Assembly (NCBI GenBank): GCA_965219995.1
Contig: CBDCOX010000002.1
Coordinates: 3,328,001-3,392,000, forward strand
DNA length: 64,000 nucleotides
Direction of reading: 5' to 3'
From: Candidatus Latescibacterota bacterium
GTDB taxonomy: Bacteria; Latescibacterota; UBA2968; GCA-2709665
In this document: piece after piece, positions 60,512 through 64,000 of the stretch
Layout: the number at the start of each line of letters is the position of its first letter
Position numbering within the stretch: position 1 is the stretch's first letter
Notes under the pieces: generated by a model
Databases searched by the model: none
What the model saw: only the letters and a program-made list of their open reading frames with translations
What the model was told of the DNA's origin: nothing
Made by a program: the position numbers and the translations under genes

Positions 60512-62368
60512 TTATCCTCCCGGTCTGTAGGATCCAAAAGCGGAACGCAGCCTGTCCGATATCTCGCCAACCGTCCCGCCGGCGAACCCTGCCGCCACGA
60601 CCGCTTCCGTTATCGACCCCGTGCCCCGCGCCCGTCGTTCGACGTTGTCCAGCGCAGCCTGCAGGGCATCGGAATCCCGCAGGGCCCGTGTCCGCGCCAG
60701 GCCCAGTTTCTGACTTTGTTCCGAGTCCTGTGTGGGTTGGAAGGTCGAAACCGGCACGTCAGGATCTCCCTGAAAACGGTTCACCCCCACCACCACGGTC
60801 TCCCCGGACTCGATCTTCTTTTGCGCATGGTATGCCGAGTCCGCAATACAGCCCGCCGTAAAGCCGTTTGCGGCCGCCTGACCCGCCCCGCCCTCGCGGT
60901 CGACCGCCTCCAGTACGGCCATAGCTTCCTCCTCCAGTTCATCGGTCATTTTTTCGACCGCGTACGACCCTCCCATGGGATCGATGGTATCCGGGATGCC
61001 GCTTTCGTAGGCGAGGATCTGCTGCGTTCGTACCGCCAGTTGCGCGCCCGCATCCGTTGGCAGACCCAGCGCTTCATCGTACGCGTTGACGTGCAATGAC
61101 TGGGCGCCGCCCAGAACGGCGGCCAGCGCCTGCAGCGTGGTCCGTGCGCAGTTGTTCATCGGCTGCTGGGCCGTGAGGGTCGAGCCGGCGGTCTGCGCAT
61201 GGAATCTCAGGCGCCTGCAGCGCGGATCCTCCACACCGAGGCGTTCCTGGACGAGGCGGCTCCAGAGTCGTCTTGCCGCGCGGAATTTTGCGATTTCCTC
61301 CAGAAAATGGTTGTGGACGCCGTAAAAGAAGGAGAATTTCGGGAGGAACCGCTCCGGTTCGAGCCCTGCAGCGATGGCGGCATCGGCATACGACAGGGCG
61401 TGGGCGAGCGTAAAGCCAAGCTCCTGCGCGGCGGTTGCGCCGGCCTCCCTCATGTGGTAACCGCTGACGCTGATTGGATTCCATTTTGGCGCCTCTCTGA
61501 GACAATAGTCCATCAGATCGACCACCAGGCGCATCGAGTCGGCAATCGGGAAGACATATGTTCCACGTGAAACATATTCCTTGAGAATATCATTCTGGAC
61601 CGTGCCGGTAAGCGCCCGCGAAGGCAGACCTCGTTTCTTTCCGAGGCCCGCGTAGAACGCGAACAGGATGCACGCCGTCGCGTTGATCGTCATCGATGTA
61701 CTGATGCGGTCGAGCGGGATACCATCGAACAGGGCATCCAGGTCCCAGAGGCCGTCCACCGCCACGCCCACCCTGCCCACCTCGCCGTCGGCGTTTGGAT
61801 GGTCCGAGTCGTAGCCCATCTGGGTGGGCAGGTCGAACGCCACGCTCAAGCCGGTCTGACCCCGGGCAAGCAGATCGCGAAACCGGGTGTTGGTCTCCGC
61901 GGGGGTGGAAAATCCCGCGTACTGGCGGAAGGTCCAGAGGCGTCCGCGATACATGGAGGGATAGGCGCCGCGGGTGAAGGGGGGTTCGCCCGGGCGTCCG
62001 ATCCGGTCCTGAGCGTCGCCGTCGCTTCCGTCTCCGCTGCCCCCTGCCCCCGCGGAATGTGGTTCGCTATTGACCCCGCCGTCGCACGTTTTCACGCTCT
62101 CGGAGGGGCCGGCAAGAAGTCCTGCCATCCGGTCGAACAGGCGCCTGGCTTCTGCCGAAGTGGCGCGCTGCCTGTAGGCCTGCAACAGGAGCGTACCGGA
62201 GTCCAGGTCAAGGGCGGCCGCCAGATCCAGGCATCGTTTGTCCGAAGGAATTCGCTTTCCGCTCTCGATCTGTCCGATATAGGTGCCCCAGACGCCGATC
62301 GATTCACCCAGACCCTGCTGGCTGAACCTGCCCTGGCGCGCTTTCCTGATCATCTTGCCGAAATCCAT
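60512..62368 (-). CDS. XRE-HTH / methylmalonyl-CoA mutase (substrate-binding subunit) fusion
   Basis: N-terminal FGKMIRKAR..SQQGLGESIG..YIGQIESGKRIP; then PFTRG, RQYAGF, GLSVAFDLPTQMGYDSD, QNDILKEY, ISVSGYH; GGAGG RBS before ATG 62368; no B12-binding domain. Confidence 0.92.
   Translation of the reverse strand: MDFGKMIRKARQGRFSQQGLGESIGVWGTYIGQIESGKRIPSDKRCLDLAAALDLDSGTLLLQAYRQRATSAEARRLFDRMAGLLAGPSESVKTCDGGVNSEPHSAGAGGSGDGSDGDAQDRIGRPGEPPFTRGAYPSMYRGRLWTFRQYAGFSTPAETNTRFRDLLARGQTGLSVAFDLPTQMGYDSDHPNADGEVGRVGVAVDGLWDLDALFDGIPLDRISTSMTINATACILFAFYAGLGKKRGLPSRALTGTVQNDILKEYVSRGTYVFPIADSMRLVVDLMDYCLREAPKWNPISVSGYHMREAGATAAQELGFTLAHALSYADAAIAAGLEPERFLPKFSFFYGVHNHFLEEIAKFRAARRLWSRLVQERLGVEDPRCRRLRFHAQTAGSTLTAQQPMNNCARTTLQALAAVLGGAQSLHVNAYDEALGLPTDAGAQLAVRTQQILAYESGIPDTIDPMGGSYAVEKMTDELEEEAMAVLEAVDREGGAGQAAANGFTAGCIADSAYHAQKKIESGETVVVGVNRFQGDPDVPVSTFQPTQDSEQSQKLGLARTRALRDSDALQAALDNVERRARGTGSITEAVVAAGFAGGTVGEISDRLRSAFGSYRPGG
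61559..61574. promoter_or_regulatory. parS site inside the mutase gene
   Basis: TGTTCCACGTGAAACA, identical to 59393-59408. Confidence 0.85.
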
Positions 62369-62500
62369 CGCCGAAGCCTCCATTGCGGAATCGCGGGACC
62401 GGATCAACCGAGCGCGACGCCGGAACCGCGTCAACACACGCTTGTGTGTGTAGTGTTAAGACATAAAATACTGTTTTTAAATACGCTTATAAAAACCTGC

Positions 62501-62825
62501 AATCGGTGAGACGTGAGACGGTAGAAGGTAGATGACGTCCTTGCGTGATTGACTCTACTTTTATGCCTGCGGCAAAAAGTGAAACCGGACGGGGCAATAA
62601 AGGCGGTGAGACGTGAGTCGGGAGACGGTAGATGAGTTGGTCCGCCTGCGGTTAATCCATCGCGTGCTGGCAGGTCTCCTGTCGGCGGAAAACCCACTCG
62701 ACAATTGCATCCTTGCAAAAGACATGCCTTCGCGAATTGATGAATTGACAACGCCAGGCCATATCGAAATCCAGTGGACGCGGAATCATCCTCTCCCCTC
62801 TCCCGTCTAACGTCTCCCCGCTCTT
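62501..62825 (+). repeat. Two adjacent heptamer-arm elements (core type 2 truncated, core type 3)
   Basis: Arms CGGTGAGACGTGAGAC at 62504 and TAAAGGCGGTGAGAC at 62598; right arm ending CGTCTCCCCGCTCTT. Confidence 0.7.
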
Positions 62826-62982
62826 CAGGCACTCACATCATCTCCCATCTCCCCGCTTCTTGAGGGGCCGGTGGGAGAGGTCTGCGCCCTTCATGGTGTT
62901 CCAGCCTTATGGCGCACCCACAGCTGTCCTCGTTATACAGACACCAATTGGTTTACAAAGGTATTTCCCGACCGGAGGGTTA

Positions 62983-63346
62983 CCAGAGCAGAGCGCGCTG
63001 ATCCGTCCAGCGACGCGGATCGATGTTCCTCCGAGGGTGCCAGGGCAGAGGATGATGTGCATCCTGCAAGCGTGTTCGCGCTATGCATATGGCAGGCCCC
63101 ACGCCCAGTGGCGACTATTCCAAAGGCGGTAAGACGTTAGAGGAAAGACGGTAGAAGTAACCCTTGCCAAGTATGTTTTCCCTTCTTGCCTTCGGCACTT
63201 ATAGAATTCGCACAAGGCAGGTAATCTCTACCCTCTCCCGTCTTCCGTCTCCCCGCTTTTAAGGAACCCGCCGGAGGCAGGGAATTTGGGGAAAAGGGGA
63301 TTTTGAATTTGATTCTTGGTTTCGATTCTAACTGACGGCTGAATTC
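62983..63346 (+). repeat. Scaffold repeat family D, copy 3, with heptamer-arm insert 63121-63261 (core type 4)
   Basis: Flanks match 538-929 and 1643-1907. Confidence 0.85.
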
Positions 63347-63466
63347 TGGTTTGTTGGGGCAACCCTTGTGGTTGCCCGCCTTTCGCGTGTTTCCGGGTTT
63401 CCTTTGTGTCTTTGTGTCTCCGTGTGAGCTGATTTTCGCTTCAAGCCGACGGCTGAACGCTGCCCT

Positions 63467-64000
63467 TCAGCCGGAAACGACCGGATTTTCGAGCCGGCCG
63501 ATGCCGTCGACTTCGCATACGACGCTGTCCCCTGCCTTGAGCCAGAGCTGCGGCTCGCGGGCCATTCCGACGCCCGGCGGCGTGCCCGTGAAGATCAGGT
63601 CTCCGGGCTGGAGGGTGACAACCCGGGAAAGGTAGGCGATCAGCTGGTCGACATTGAAAATCAGTTGCGCGGTATTCGAGTCCTGTACGGTCTCGCCGTT
63701 CAGGATACAGCGAATATCCAGGTTGTGGGGATCGCCAACCTCGTCGGGGGTGACAAGATCCGGGCCCAGCGGCGCGAAGGTCTCGAAGGTTTTGCCCAGC
63801 AGCCACTGACCGCCGGGTTTTTCCAGCTGAAAGTCCCGCGCGCTCACGTCGTGGCCCACCGTATAGCCCGCGACGTGGCCCATCGCGTCGGATTCCGGGA
63901 TGTCTTTTCCCGCCGTTCCGATGACAACGACCAGTTCGACCTCATAGTCGATGGAACTGGTGATCGACGGCAGGCGGATCGCGTCGCCGGGTCCGATGAT
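63467..64000 (-). CDS. Fumarylacetoacetate hydrolase family protein, 5' end beyond window
   Basis: IDYEVELVVVIG, DVSARD, GKTFETFAPLGP, GDLIFTGTPPGVG. Confidence 0.93.
   Translation of the reverse strand: MIGPGDAIRLPSITSSIDYEVELVVVIGTAGKDIPESDAMGHVAGYTVGHDVSARDFQLEKPGGQWLLGKTFETFAPLGPDLVTPDEVGDPHNLDIRCILNGETVQDSNTAQLIFNVDQLIAYLSRVVTLQPGDLIFTGTPPGVGMAREPQLWLKAGDSVVCEVDGIGRLENPVVSG

Overview
Bacterial chromosomal window spanning the replication origin of a GC-rich organism. The gene content (repeated FtsX/MacB-type permeases, heparinase/BNR/CocE proteins, sigma54 two-component system) suggests an FCB-group lineage such as Latescibacterota, but this is inference only. The right half is housekeeping: a long minus-strand run (mfd, surA, S4 protein, methyltransferase, nrnA, argF, tmk, ctpA, ATP-grasp protein, larE, def, PHP, NAPRTase, moaD/E, glutaminyl cyclase), tRNA-Asp, hom, gyrA-gyrB-dciA-recF-dnaN-oriC-dnaA, rpmH-rnpA-yidC-mnmE-rsmG, two parS sites and mce plus a methylmalonyl-CoA mutase. 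The left half is accessory metabolism and transport with intergenic space filled by several palindromic repeat/MITE families. Most notable: (1) an XRE helix-turn-helix domain fused to the methylmalonyl-CoA mutase catalytic subunit, with a candidate operator upstream; (2) a 162-bp MITE inserted in frame into hicA; (3) a GyrA C-gate-like segment inserted in the CtpA protease; (4) a scaffold repeat whose same site carries different hairpin cassettes; (5) an unannotated 24-aa Arg-rich ORF with RBS and terminator; (6) a MoaD with a masked Gly-Gly terminus; (7) a sigma54 promoter pointing at orphan ABC permeases across a 1.2-kb repeat-filled region. No CRISPR array, prophage or intact transposase was seen.
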